Virus record (IMG/VR): IMGVR_UViG_3300030503_000315
Location: 151,316 to 215,315 of that record
Length of the DNA: 64,000 bases
Strand: one strand, 5' to 3'
The translations under genes and the position numbers were made by a program. The notes beneath the pieces are model-generated. The model worked only from the letters and a program-made list of their open reading frames with translations. It ran no database searches and had not been told where the DNA came from. The number at the start of each line of letters is the position of its first letter. The first letter of the stretch is position 1. Of the stretch, positions 36,945-46,420 are shown in pieces.

Positions 36945-37721
36945 ATGAGTAAAGCACTGGTAATTTTGTCAGGTGGTCAGGATTCGACGACATGTCTTTT
37001 CTGGGCCAAGAAGAACTTCGATGAAGTGCATGCAGTGACTTTCGACTATGGACAACGTCACCGTCTAGAGATCGAAGCCGCAAAGATAGTGGCGAACATG
37101 GCTGGATGCCCGACACATGAGATTGTGGAAGTTCCCGGCATCCTGCGTTCTACATCCCCGTTGACTTCATCTGCAGAGTTGGAGAAATATGACAACTACG
37201 AACAGATGGATTCGATCATTCAGGATCGGGTAGAGCTCACGTTCGTACCGATGCGTAACACACTGTTCTTCACGTTGGCAATGAACCGCGCAGTTGATCT
37301 TGGATGTGACAACCTGGTCACTGGAATTTGCCAGGAAGACAATGCAAACTATCCGGATTGCACAGAGTACTATCGTCAAGCATTTGAGATGATGGCTAAC
37401 CTGTCGCTTGGTACCTGGAGCAATAGTCATGGTGCACGATTCAAGATCCTCGCACCGCTTATGAACCTCAGCAAGGCAGAGACAGTTAAGCTCAGCCATG
37501 ACCTGCCGGGCTGCTGGGACGCCCTAGCGTATTCGCATACAAGCTATGATGGCAAGTACCCTCCGACGGATAATAACCATTCGAATGTCCTGCGTGCTCA
37601 TGGCTTCGAAGTAGCTGGTCTTCCTGATCCTCTGGTTGTTCGTGCATGGCGTGAAGGGTTGATGGATCTCCCGACAACTCCTAACTATGAAGGCGTAAAG
37701 AACCCTCTGGTTACAGAGTAA
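36945..37721 (+). CDS. queC: 7-cyano-7-deazaguanine synthase
   Basis: SGGQDSTT, FDYGQRH, TFVPMRN, YPDC. Confidence 0.95.
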   Translation: MSKALVILSGGQDSTTCLFWAKKNFDEVHAVTFDYGQRHRLEIEAAKIVANMAGCPTHEIVEVPGILRSTSPLTSSAELEKYDNYEQMDSIIQDRVELTFVPMRNTLFFTLAMNRAVDLGCDNLVTGICQEDNANYPDCTEYYRQAFEMMANLSLGTWSNSHGARFKILAPLMNLSKAETVKLSHDLPGCWDALAYSHTSYDGKYPPTDNNHSNVLRAHGFEVAGLPDPLVVRAWREGLMDLPTTPNYEGVKNPLVTE

Positions 37722-37727
37722 GAGATT

Positions 37728-37752
37728 GGGTCGGCTAAACCCGACCCCTTTT
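37728..37752 (+). terminator. Intrinsic terminator
   Basis: gggtcgg/ccgaccc followed by ctttt. Confidence 0.65.
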
Positions 37753-37778
37753 CCATCTAGTTGAGTCAGGAGATTTAA

Positions 37779-38627
37779 ATGAAAACAATTCCAATCGTAG
37801 TTCAAAACGTAGATAGAAATGTTCGTCGTCACGACTACGACCAGTTCGAAGATAAATTGCTAGTCACTTCGTACTTTAGGACACTACAAGGCGAAGGAAT
37901 GTATAGCGGACAGCCTGCAGTGTTCCTCCGTCTAGCGGGATGTAACCTGGGTTCCAAACAGGATCTTTGTTCCTGGTGTGATACTTCCTTCCAGTTCGAT
38001 AAAGGTCGTGCATTCGAATTCACCGAACTTCTTTTTGAACTTATGTCCCTACCTGGGTACAGCGAGAGTGATATCCTGGTGATCACTGGTGGTGAGCCAA
38101 CGCTTCAGGATAACCTTTTGGGGTTCATCCAGTGTATAGATGATGAATCATTCCGTCGAGTGCAGATTGAAACTAATGGAACACAAGCCGCATTCTTTAA
38201 ACAGCTAGAGGACCATGAGGATAACCTCCTAGAGGAAGGGATGGAAGAAATAGCTGCTAGTTGGGTTCGTCCTTCGATTGTCGTAAGCCCAAAAGGGTCA
38301 ACAGTTGCTAGCCGTATCCCAGAACCTTCGCCTTTAGTTCTTCGGTATGCGTCGTGTCTGAAGTTTGTAGTTACCGCAGATGAGAGTGACCCACACCACA
38401 CTGTACCAGAGTGGGCACAAGCCTATCGCGAAAACGGAGGAAGAGTCTATGTTTCCCCTATGTGTCACTATTCCCGCGCCTACGAGGGTGAAGTATCCAG
38501 TATCTGGGAAGATGGTTTGATTAATAGAGAAGCGACGGCGGCGAATTATTCATACGCAGCGAAGTACGCGATGGATAACAACTTCTATCTTAGTTTGCAA
38601 ACTCACCTCTTTTGCGCACTGCCATGA
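37779..38627 (+). CDS. queE: 7-carboxy-7-deazaguanine synthase (radical SAM)
   Basis: TLQGEG, FLRLAGCN...CSWCDT, ITGGEP, IETNG, SLQTH. Confidence 0.93.
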   Translation: MKTIPIVVQNVDRNVRRHDYDQFEDKLLVTSYFRTLQGEGMYSGQPAVFLRLAGCNLGSKQDLCSWCDTSFQFDKGRAFEFTELLFELMSLPGYSESDILVITGGEPTLQDNLLGFIQCIDDESFRRVQIETNGTQAAFFKQLEDHEDNLLEEGMEEIAASWVRPSIVVSPKGSTVASRIPEPSPLVLRYASCLKFVVTADESDPHHTVPEWAQAYRENGGRVYVSPMCHYSRAYEGEVSSIWEDGLINREATAANYSYAAKYAMDNNFYLSLQTHLFCALP

Positions 38628-38836
38628 ACCTTTCTCTACTCAACCACGCGAGGCAACTCATAAGGGAAGCACGTGACTATAGCTATGATGATCTCACACC
38701 TGAGGATCATAAATATCTAGATGTCCACGCAGCTGATGGAAGGATGAGTTTTGCTCGAGATCTGATAGAGAAAAGGCGAACACAACTTCTTGACGATGCC
38801 TTGCAGATGTTATCCTACATAGATGTGGAGGACTAA
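38624..38836 (+). CDS. Hypothetical protein
   Basis: ATGA coupling. Confidence 0.55.
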   Translation: MNLSLLNHARQLIREARDYSYDDLTPEDHKYLDVHAADGRMSFARDLIEKRRTQLLDDALQMLSYIDVED

Positions 38837-39039
38837 TGTACAACTCGTTTTGGAAAACTACAGAGGCAGTAGCGGTGTCCAAGGACTTCGATTACTCTGA
38901 GTACGTTAAGATGTGCCATGAGGAACGTGTCCCTGTTCTGTGTAGCGAATCATACAGCTTCATTCGTATGGCCTTCAACGCACAAATGGCTCAGAACTTC
39001 AGAAAAGGTAACGATGGCTTCGATAAACAAGAGGCTTAA
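38836..39039 (+). CDS. Hypothetical protein
   Basis: GGAGG upstream. Confidence 0.6.
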   Translation: MYNSFWKTTEAVAVSKDFDYSEYVKMCHEERVPVLCSESYSFIRMAFNAQMAQNFRKGNDGFDKQEA

Positions 39040-39286
39040 CAGACAGAAGTCTAGGTTAGCGCACAGACCAAAGGACGATAGAAATTGTGTAATCTATCTA
39101 GGATTATGCGTCCAGGACATCGAGAGACACATAGAAAGGTGTAAAGAGAAGGAGAGGATGAATGATCCAATGCGCGAGCTGCAGTACAACGATGAAGCTC
39201 AGGACTGGAAAGTTCGGGATGTTCTACTATTGTCCGAAGTCCAGTCAGAGAGTACCTCACGGGACGATCAGCAAGGACTTGGTTGA
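39014..39286 (+). CDS. Hypothetical protein
   Basis: ORF track; overlaps both neighbours. Confidence 0.4.
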   Translation: MASINKRLNRQKSRLAHRPKDDRNCVIYLGLCVQDIERHIERCKEKERMNDPMRELQYNDEAQDWKVRDVLLLSEVQSESTSRDDQQGLG

Positions 39287-39485
39287 TAGATACCTCGCTG
39301 CAAACCTTAAGAATATTGCCAAGGTGTCTCAGAAAGATGATCGCACCCTCCTAAAGTACCTAGAAGATTTGGATAACAATTTTGAAGCTACTCCAAAGAC
39401 GATCCTCGATTTCTTTAATGACTATTCCATGAAAGAAGACATGGAAGAAGATTTATTTTGGGCTGACGTAATTCCAAGAGGATAA
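39162..39485 (+). CDS. Zinc-ribbon protein
   Basis: CASC..MKLRTGKFGMFYYCP. Confidence 0.6.
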   Translation: MIQCASCSTTMKLRTGKFGMFYYCPKSSQRVPHGTISKDLVDRYLAANLKNIAKVSQKDDRTLLKYLEDLDNNFEATPKTILDFFNDYSMKEDMEEDLFWADVIPRG

Positions 39486-39486
39486 T

Positions 39487-39795
39487 ATGAGTTCAATTCC
39501 AGGCTACACCTTGGAAGATTGGCTTGAGAAAGAGTACTGGCTTACGGTTCTAGACGACGAGTGTGCCATAGGCATCTGGCCCGGTCAGTGGCTGCGCCAC
39601 GCCAAGCCCGTACAGTTCCAAGAACTAGTCAACCTGTTCGAACCCCATAGAGAATATGTTGAGGATATGCTTCTTGACTTTGACGAAGAGAATCAATCCT
39701 GGCGTGCATACAACCGTGCGGTATTTGAAGATTACTTTCCACAAGAGTTAGAAATAAAAGCCAAAGATTTAGTTCGTTTGTGGTGTACTAAATAA
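39487..39795 (+). CDS. Hypothetical protein
   Basis: GAGG upstream. Confidence 0.65.
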   Translation: MSSIPGYTLEDWLEKEYWLTVLDDECAIGIWPGQWLRHAKPVQFQELVNLFEPHREYVEDMLLDFDEENQSWRAYNRAVFEDYFPQELEIKAKDLVRLWCTK

Positions 39796-39809
39796 CGAGG
39801 AATAAGCAT

Positions 39810-40469
39810 ATGTCGTATAGCAAAGATATCAGTGAAGGCAATAACATTAGGCAATACCTGGTTGACAAGGGTGTGGAGACCCCCTACAAATTCAAGGCAG
39901 CTAGTCATGCCAGAATCGAAGAGTTGACGAAAGAGTTTATGCAGGAATTCGGACTTAATCTTGAGGACGACTCTCTCATGGAGACACCGCGTCGGATTGC
40001 GAAACTCTATGTCGATGAATACTTCTATGGGCTTAACTACGCCAACTGGCCAAAGGCCACGGTAGTTGAGAACAAGATGAATGTTGATGAGATGGTTGTC
40101 GAACGCAATATCATTGTCAATTCTCTTTGTGAACACCACCTACTTCCGATAGTAGGCAAGGCATATGTTGCCTACATCCCTTCCCGCAAGGTACTCGGGT
40201 TGTCGAAGCTTAACCGTATAGTGGATTTCTTCTCTCGCCGCCCTCAAATCCAAGAACGTTTGACCTTGCAAATCTACTATGCACTGTCAAAACTTCTTGA
40301 GACGGATAACGTTGCCGTCATGATCGAAGCGGAGCATCTCTGTGTAAAAACTAGAGGTGTTATGGATGCCTGCTCAGATACCATTACCAGTAAGCTTGGT
40401 GGAAGCTTCAAGGATGGTACAGTCCGTGCAGAGTTTATAGATCTATCGAAGGGGCTCGCGTCGAAGTAA
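39810..40469 (+). CDS. folE: GTP cyclohydrolase I
   Basis: ETPRRIAK, SLCEHHLLP, GLSKLNR, QIQERLT, HLCVKTRG. Confidence 0.96.
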   Translation: MSYSKDISEGNNIRQYLVDKGVETPYKFKAASHARIEELTKEFMQEFGLNLEDDSLMETPRRIAKLYVDEYFYGLNYANWPKATVVENKMNVDEMVVERNIIVNSLCEHHLLPIVGKAYVAYIPSRKVLGLSKLNRIVDFFSRRPQIQERLTLQIYYALSKLLETDNVAVMIEAEHLCVKTRGVMDACSDTITSKLGGSFKDGTVRAEFIDLSKGLASK

Positions 40470-40480
40470 TTTCATTCTTT

Positions 40481-41053
40481 ATGACGTGCGGGGTCTCTCC
40501 TATGGCTTCTGATTCTGATAGCAAAGAAATCTCTCTACGAGATCGTGGTATCTATTTCATGTCGAAAGACTTTGATGAGGATTCCGCGAAAGATGTAGTC
40601 ACCTGGATTTTGGAATCCAACTTCAGGAAAGACCCAGAATACAAACACCTGACGTTGATAATCAATAGCAATGGTGGAGATACAGGTGCCGCATTCTCAA
40701 TGATTGATATTCTACGAGGGTCAAAGATTCCCGTACATACGTTGGGGTTGGGTACGATCGCAAGTTGTGGCCTGTTGTTATTCATGGCGGGCAAGCATCG
40801 TATCCTGACTCCCAACACTTCTATCCTGAGTCATCAGTATGCATGGGGATCGGCTGGTAAACATCACGAACTTTTGGCGACAACGAAAGAGATGGATAAC
40901 ACCAGCAAGAGAATAATCGAACACTATCGAAAGTGCACGAAGCTACCGATCAAGGTAATCAAGGAAGAATTACTTCCTGCCTCGGACGTGTGGCTAACTG
41001 CAGAAGAAGCCAAGGCCTACAACCTTGTTGATGAAATCCGTACAACCGTTTAA
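40481..41053 (+). CDS. clpP: ClpP-like protease
   Basis: INSNGG, IASCG (Ser), LSHQ (His), DVWLTAEEA (Asp). Confidence 0.85.
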   Translation: MTCGVSPMASDSDSKEISLRDRGIYFMSKDFDEDSAKDVVTWILESNFRKDPEYKHLTLIINSNGGDTGAAFSMIDILRGSKIPVHTLGLGTIASCGLLLFMAGKHRILTPNTSILSHQYAWGSAGKHHELLATTKEMDNTSKRIIEHYRKCTKLPIKVIKEELLPASDVWLTAEEAKAYNLVDEIRTTV

Positions 41054-41066
41054 CTGATAAAAGCAA

Positions 41067-41966
41067 ATGAACCTACATACCTTCCAAGGCGGCCAATGTG
41101 AAGTCGCCGTCGTAGAGCATACGTTGAACCAACACACTGGTAAGGAAATTGTTACGTATCAATTGAAATACCCACGCTTCATTCACTCTGAGTTCATGAC
41201 CCACCGGGTATTTTCTCGAAATGCAGGTTCATCCCGTGCTATCCCCGCCAATAAATTAATTGAGCAGGTACGGGATGAACCTGCTTTCTTCGTCTGGGTC
41301 GGCAAGAACCAATCAGGCATGCAAGCCAATGAAGAAGTGGATGATGCGACCAAACTTGCATTCTACACAGAGTGGAAGGAACTTGCAGGCCTCTGTGCAG
41401 ATTACGTAGAACGTTGGTCGACCAAGTACAACATTCATAAGCAGAATGTGAATCGGGTACTGGAACCATTCCTTTACATCTCTGTGGTCGTTACCGCTAC
41501 GGAGTGGACTAACTTCTTTGAACTACGGGATCATGAAGACGCGCAGCCAGAGATTCGTGATCTGGCAATGACCATGCGCAAAGCTGTAGATGCCTCAACG
41601 CCTCGTAAAGTTCGTGAGTGTGCTCTATCCGATGCACGTGGTTGGCATTTGCCTTATGTAACGATGGAAGAGCGCAAGAATCATCCTATGAAGGATCTAC
41701 TTGCAATGTCCGCTGCGCGCTGCGCACGAGTCTCTTACCTGACGCACAACAAAGAGAATCCTAAACTCGAAGATGACTACGTCCTGTATCAACGTCTTGT
41801 TGAGTCTAAGCCATTGCATGCATCTCCTCTTGAGCATCAAGCCAGTGTGGTTCAGAATGACTTGGCCTTCGCTAACTTGAAGGGTGGTTTTGTCCAACAT
41901 CGTTTAATGCTCGAGCAAGCTGGCTCTTTAGATAATCTTCAACAGATGTTTGTGGAAATTCAGTGA
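41067..41966 (+). CDS. thyX: FAD-dependent thymidylate synthase
   Basis: RFIHSEFMTHRVFSRNAGSSRAIP, AQPEI, HASPLEH. Confidence 0.9.
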   Translation: MNLHTFQGGQCEVAVVEHTLNQHTGKEIVTYQLKYPRFIHSEFMTHRVFSRNAGSSRAIPANKLIEQVRDEPAFFVWVGKNQSGMQANEEVDDATKLAFYTEWKELAGLCADYVERWSTKYNIHKQNVNRVLEPFLYISVVVTATEWTNFFELRDHEDAQPEIRDLAMTMRKAVDASTPRKVRECALSDARGWHLPYVTMEERKNHPMKDLLAMSAARCARVSYLTHNKENPKLEDDYVLYQRLVESKPLHASPLEHQASVVQNDLAFANLKGGFVQHRLMLEQAGSLDNLQQMFVEIQ

Positions 41967-42135
41967 TGGGCACTCCTGTTTGGAGTAGAGAAAAGGGATG
42001 GACCTGTCCCGAAGGTTGGGCTTGGCCAAAGTGTTATGGGTGCGGCCATACTTACCATGATGGTCCACCCCGTCTAATGGTGAATGGCAAAGCCGAAGAT
42101 GGTGGCCGGTGTCGTTGGTGTGAGGAGGAAAGTGT

Positions 42136-42327
42136 ATGACAATCAAATACTATTCTCTCGAAGTAATCAAGGATGCTTATTGGAAACAGTTCCATAGATC
42201 AGGCGAACACTTCTTTTCTTACGGTGACGAGGAAAGTGCTCAGGCTAATACAGAAAGTTCTTGGGATGATTTCATTTATGAGCTTGCGCAACTAACAGCG
42301 AAGATGAGCAACGATGGACCAATCTGA
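42136..42327 (+). CDS. Hypothetical protein
   Basis: GAGGAGG upstream. Confidence 0.6.
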   Translation: MTIKYYSLEVIKDAYWKQFHRSGEHFFSYGDEESAQANTESSWDDFIYELAQLTAKMSNDGPI

Positions 42328-42523
42328 TAGTCATTGGACTAACAAGGACGAGGAAGGCAATAGTACAAACATCGGACGTCCAAGATTAAATCCGGATCAG
42401 AAACAAAAGTCATATGCGGTACGCCTGGATGCTGACACGTATGCAGTTTTCCTCAAGCTAGGGGAAGGCAAATTCGCTAACGGGGTGCGTAAAGCTGCCA
42501 GGCTTTTGAAGGATAGTGGATAA
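42314..42523 (+). CDS. Small ribbon-helix-helix-like DNA-binding protein
   Basis: GRPR...KQKSYAVRLD. Confidence 0.6.
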   Translation: MDQSDSHWTNKDEEGNSTNIGRPRLNPDQKQKSYAVRLDADTYAVFLKLGEGKFANGVRKAARLLKDSG

Positions 42524-42553
42524 TTTCATAGCCACTGTGTGGAGTTTATTATC

Positions 42554-43030
42554 ATGCTTAATGTCCATCAAATCGCTAAACGCGTAAATGGTTTTAGACG
42601 ATCGGGTTCTAAGTTCGTACGCTTTACCGATCTTAAGAAGGGATACCTCACCAATGGTAACGGTTACATCGCGGGTGCTTCCTATTCAACTCATGTCATA
42701 GATTCTTCGGGTAAAGTTCACAAAAATGAAGATCCCAGTAAATACGTGACACTTATCGAGTTTATTGACTCTGAGCTGCATGTCAATATTAGCTGCTCTT
42801 GCTCGGACTTTACTTATAGGTGGGAATGGGCATTGTGGAATCGTGGTGCAGCTCAGATTGAATACTCTAATGGTGATTCTCCAGACGTTAGAAATCCTAC
42901 CTACAAACCGGCAGGGTGTAAACATTTTTTCGCCCTATACGAAAAAATAAAATCTAAGATCCCCGCACCAGTAGCTGTGACGCCTAACAAGAAGAAGGAA
43001 GTTGAACAGAAGTCCAAGAAGAAAAAGTGA
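42554..43030 (+). CDS. SWIM zinc-finger protein
   Basis: CSCSDF...CKH. Confidence 0.75.
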   Translation: MLNVHQIAKRVNGFRRSGSKFVRFTDLKKGYLTNGNGYIAGASYSTHVIDSSGKVHKNEDPSKYVTLIEFIDSELHVNISCSCSDFTYRWEWALWNRGAAQIEYSNGDSPDVRNPTYKPAGCKHFFALYEKIKSKIPAPVAVTPNKKKEVEQKSKKKK

Positions 43031-43069
43031 CCTAGTAAATATAGGTTATCGAAACATGTTGTATAGGTA

Positions 43070-44077
43070 TTGCAATTGAAAACGTACACCCACTCTAAAG
43101 TTTTTGAAGTACTGAAGGCTACCGATGAAGTCATCTCTGACAACCTGACCAGTCTTCAGTACTTGCAGACGCTTGACCTTTTTCTTTGGCGCGCTCTCGA
43201 GCCTATTCATGCAGAGTGCCCTTCCCTATTCAACAACTATCTAGCTAAGATAGTTGCCATGCAGACCTTAAAACCAAGCACGAAGTTCACGTCCCTGATG
43301 TCAGAAGAAAGGCCAAAGCTACCAGTCCTTCTCTTCAATGCCTTGACATCTAATGAACCTCGCAAAGCTCATGAGTACGTTCGTGGTATGTTTATAAACC
43401 GTGGACTACTTTTCGGTTTCCTGTCTTTGTTCCTGAATTACCTTAAACCCTATGAGCAGTTGCATCAACCTCTGCATAATCTCAATCCTATTGTCCGACG
43501 TTCCAAACTGTTTCAGATAGAGCAGTCTGTTGGACTACGCACAGGATCAAGTCTCTACGCAGTAATTCAACAGGTACGATATTGGTACGACAAAGCAAGA
43601 TGGTTCAAAGAGTTGGTGATGCAGAAGTACATTCGACTAGCATTGAATCACGCTAGGTCTACTTATAAGGATTACAACCATTTTGTATCCCTAGACGATA
43701 TCGCACAGACGTATCTCTTGACTGTCTCTCGAGCAATCGATAGAGCTGATGCGCGTCAGGGCGTTCTCACTACGTTCATTACGAATTGGTTCAAGTCCGC
43801 GCGTTCGGAAGTAGCTAAGATGGCTTCAGGTCAGCAGGATCAATCCTTTGATTCTATGACGGATGAGAATGGAGATTCGATATCAGATATTGTAGGATTC
43901 TCAATGCCGGATACTTCCACTGAGACTATCGAGCACATTGCATATGTGGCTAAGAAGATGGATAAGAAGGGATACATCCGAGCTTCGTTGGGAATTCCAG
44001 AATTTTTGACCGACGCACAAAAGAAGATTCTTAATACTTTTGTCCTTGAATCTAAACTAGAGTCAGCATATGCCTAG
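43070..44077 (+). CDS. Divergent RNA polymerase sigma-like factor
   Basis: Region-2-like DDIAQTYLLTVSRAIDRADARQGVLTTFITNW. Confidence 0.65.
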   Translation: MQLKTYTHSKVFEVLKATDEVISDNLTSLQYLQTLDLFLWRALEPIHAECPSLFNNYLAKIVAMQTLKPSTKFTSLMSEERPKLPVLLFNALTSNEPRKAHEYVRGMFINRGLLFGFLSLFLNYLKPYEQLHQPLHNLNPIVRRSKLFQIEQSVGLRTGSSLYAVIQQVRYWYDKARWFKELVMQKYIRLALNHARSTYKDYNHFVSLDDIAQTYLLTVSRAIDRADARQGVLTTFITNWFKSARSEVAKMASGQQDQSFDSMTDENGDSISDIVGFSMPDTSTETIEHIAYVAKKMDKKGYIRASLGIPEFLTDAQKKILNTFVLESKLESAYA

Positions 44078-44471
44078 ACTTGATGAAGACAAACAGAAGG
44101 TAGCGATGCTATCAATGACGTTAGCCTCCCTGCAATCCAATCTATCGGAATATGCACAGAGGGCACGTCAAGCTGAAGAGATGGTTGGACTCTTATCGGC
44201 TAATTGGGATCATGATAAGGTAGGGATGATTCTCGCCAAACACATTGAAGAGCGCGCACAAGAACGAGCCATCCATCAACAGAATCTTATTCAGACGACT
44301 ATCACAGCTTTAACATCCGCACTAAAGTCAGATGATTACGATCAGATGCGTCAAATAGTAAATACAGTCGCAAAGGAATTGACAACTGCGACAATGAACC
44401 TGCATCAACTTTTAATCAAAGAAGAGAAATTGAAACAAAGGAGCCAGAATGGCACGCCAGCAAGGCACTGA
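44070..44471 (+). CDS. Coiled-coil hypothetical protein
   Basis: ORF track. Confidence 0.7.
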   Translation: MPRLDEDKQKVAMLSMTLASLQSNLSEYAQRARQAEEMVGLLSANWDHDKVGMILAKHIEERAQERAIHQQNLIQTTITALTSALKSDDYDQMRQIVNTVAKELTTATMNLHQLLIKEEKLKQRSQNGTPARH

Positions 44472-45936
44472 CCTAGACGAAGTAAAGACGTCGCGGGGCG
44501 GAAACAAAACGCGAATCGATGAAAAGATCGAAGTGCATACGTTGAAGCCAAACGTCTATGAGCAGCATCGTATCTTCGGTCCAACCTATACGTATTCTCA
44601 GTATTGGGTTGTTGGAAAGAAGAAGGATGGAAGCCCAACGAAGTTCCCAGTTGATAGTCCTTCTTGGGACCCTGTGAAACAGGAATATGATCGTAGCATC
44701 TACGATCCATGGTATGATTATCACATTTGGGAAGTAGAGAATGATGTAGATGAGAAGAAGCGTCTAATCCAGGTAGGTGTTAGTTATTGGACACTATCTA
44801 TCTCTCGCAAGAAACAGAAGGATGAACCTGCGCACCGTCCGAAACCTACGAAGGAAGAACTCAAGACTGGGTTCAAGGAAAAGAATTCAGACTCATACAC
44901 GCCAGTAGTTGCTTTGCGTCTGCCTTCGACTCCGGTTAAGAAGATTCAGGGTTTCAAAAGTATGAATGTGGTGGAGTCGAAGTCTGGAAGCACCAAGGCA
45001 TATCCAGTTTCGCATGAAAAGTATGGCCACGATGTTAGGATCAAGTTCGATAACGCCAAGGAAACTGCAGCAGGCAATCGATACGACGTCCAATACGTGG
45101 AGCGTAAGTCGCCTCTTACCGAGGAAGAACAGACAGAACTCAAATGGGATCTGTCTAATTTGGCAAACGAAGCTACCGAAGCACAAGTACGTAGCGATTT
45201 TGAAGGATGGGCAAAGAGAATGGGTATCAAGACTTCGAAGAAACGCAAGCACGACGTTGAAGAACTCGATGACGAACTCGAAGAAGATGAAGTAGACGAG
45301 GACGAAGATGAGGATGAAGACGAGAAGCCTGCTCGTGGTAAGAAGAAGCCTGCAAAGAAGGTAGCGGCGAAAAAGACATCCAAGCGTAAAGTTGTAGAAG
45401 AAGACGAGGAAGAAGACGAGGAAGATGAGGACGAAGATGAGGACGATCTGGATGAAGATCTAGACGAGGATGAAGATGAAGATGAACCCCCGAAACGTTC
45501 CAAAAAGAAAGCACCAGCTAAGAAGGTAGCCAAGAAGACTTCCAGGAAGTCCCGTGATGAGGACGAAGAAGACGAGGAAGATGAGGAAGATGAGGACGAA
45601 GAAGACGAAGATGAGGACGATCTGGATGAAGATCTAGACGAGGATGAAGATGAAGATGAACCCCCGAAACGTTCCAAAAAGAAACCCGCTGCGAAGAAGG
45701 TAGCCGCAAAGAAAACGTCCAAACGTAAGGTCGTCGAGGAAGAAGACGAAGATGAGGACGAGGACGAGGACGAAGAAGATGAGGATGATCTCGAGGAAGA
45801 CGAAGAAGAGGAAGATGAACCTCCGAAACGTACCAAGAAGAAAGCCCCGGCTAAGAAAGTAGCAGCCAAGAAGACTGCAAAGAAGAAGCCTGCTCGTCGC
45901 TCGAGGGATGAGGACGAAGAAGATGAGGACGATTGA
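44449..45936 (+). CDS. Putative ssDNA-binding protein with alternating acidic and basic repeat tail
   Basis: Folded N-terminal ~260 aa, then D/E blocks alternating with KKVAAKKTS blocks; lies near recA. Confidence 0.65.
   Translation: MARQQGTDLDEVKTSRGGNKTRIDEKIEVHTLKPNVYEQHRIFGPTYTYSQYWVVGKKKDGSPTKFPVDSPSWDPVKQEYDRSIYDPWYDYHIWEVENDVDEKKRLIQVGVSYWTLSISRKKQKDEPAHRPKPTKEELKTGFKEKNSDSYTPVVALRLPSTPVKKIQGFKSMNVVESKSGSTKAYPVSHEKYGHDVRIKFDNAKETAAGNRYDVQYVERKSPLTEEEQTELKWDLSNLANEATEAQVRSDFEGWAKRMGIKTSKKRKHDVEELDDELEEDEVDEDEDEDEDEKPARGKKKPAKKVAAKKTSKRKVVEEDEEEDEEDEDEDEDDLDEDLDEDEDEDEPPKRSKKKAPAKKVAKKTSRKSRDEDEEDEEDEEDEDEEDEDEDDLDEDLDEDEDEDEPPKRSKKKPAAKKVAAKKTSKRKVVEEEDEDEDEDEDEEDEDDLEEDEEEEDEPPKRTKKKAPAKKVAAKKTAKKKPARRSRDEDEEDEDD
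45430..45684 (+). repeat. 81-bp exact direct repeat (45430-45510 and 45604-45684) in the acidic tail
   Basis: gacgaagatgaggacgatctgg...cgttccaaaaagaaa occurs twice. Confidence 0.85.
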
Positions 45937-45976
45937 GTCTTCTGATCCACAAGTAGCAATGTAGTCTATCTAAATT

Positions 45977-46013
45977 AAGCCAGCCCGGACACCATGCTCT
46001 TGGCTGGCTTTTC
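45977..46013 (+). terminator. Intrinsic terminator
   Basis: aagccagcc/ggctggctt followed by ttc. Confidence 0.7.
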
Positions 46014-46059
46014 TCGTTGGTGAGCGGAATGTCCAACATAAGACTGAATCGTTGTTTGC

Positions 46060-46407
46060 TTGGAGAGCACCTTGAGGATCTTACCAACCATTTTGGCACA
46101 AGTAAGATTATCCAAGCTCGGCTTTGGTGGGATAAATATCTTGAAGGTTCTACAGGTCACCATAAGGTATAGTATAAACCTGCAGTCAAGAAAGAATTCC
46201 CAGATTTTAGCGATACGAAAAAATGCAGATAAGCGTTTAATCGAAGTTAAGAGTGAGTATACGATTAAGAAGGCAAGAGAAAAACTACAAGCTGCATACA
46301 ACTGGGGGTTGGATAGAGATATTCCATTTGAAGTGTGGCTTTACCTGGGTAAGAATAAAGATTTGCATAGATTGACTTCTCCGGATCAATGGGAATCTTT
46401 TCTTTAA
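46060..46407 (+). CDS. Hypothetical protein (start uncertain)
   Basis: ORF track; basic and AT-rich. Confidence 0.4.
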   Translation: MESTLRILPTILAQVRLSKLGFGGINILKVLQVTIRYSINLQSRKNSQILAIRKNADKRLIEVKSEYTIKKAREKLQAAYNWGLDRDIPFEVWLYLGKNKDLHRLTSPDQWESFL

Positions 46408-46420
46408 GATGAGGAATTTA

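Noticed and set aside
45240-45936. CRISPR array
   Set aside because: The repeats are in-frame coding low-complexity units without unique spacers; no CRISPR array was seen in the window.
44946-45959. 337-aa Ser-rich minus-strand ORF
   Set aside because: Antisense shadow of the GAA/GAT/GAC repeats.
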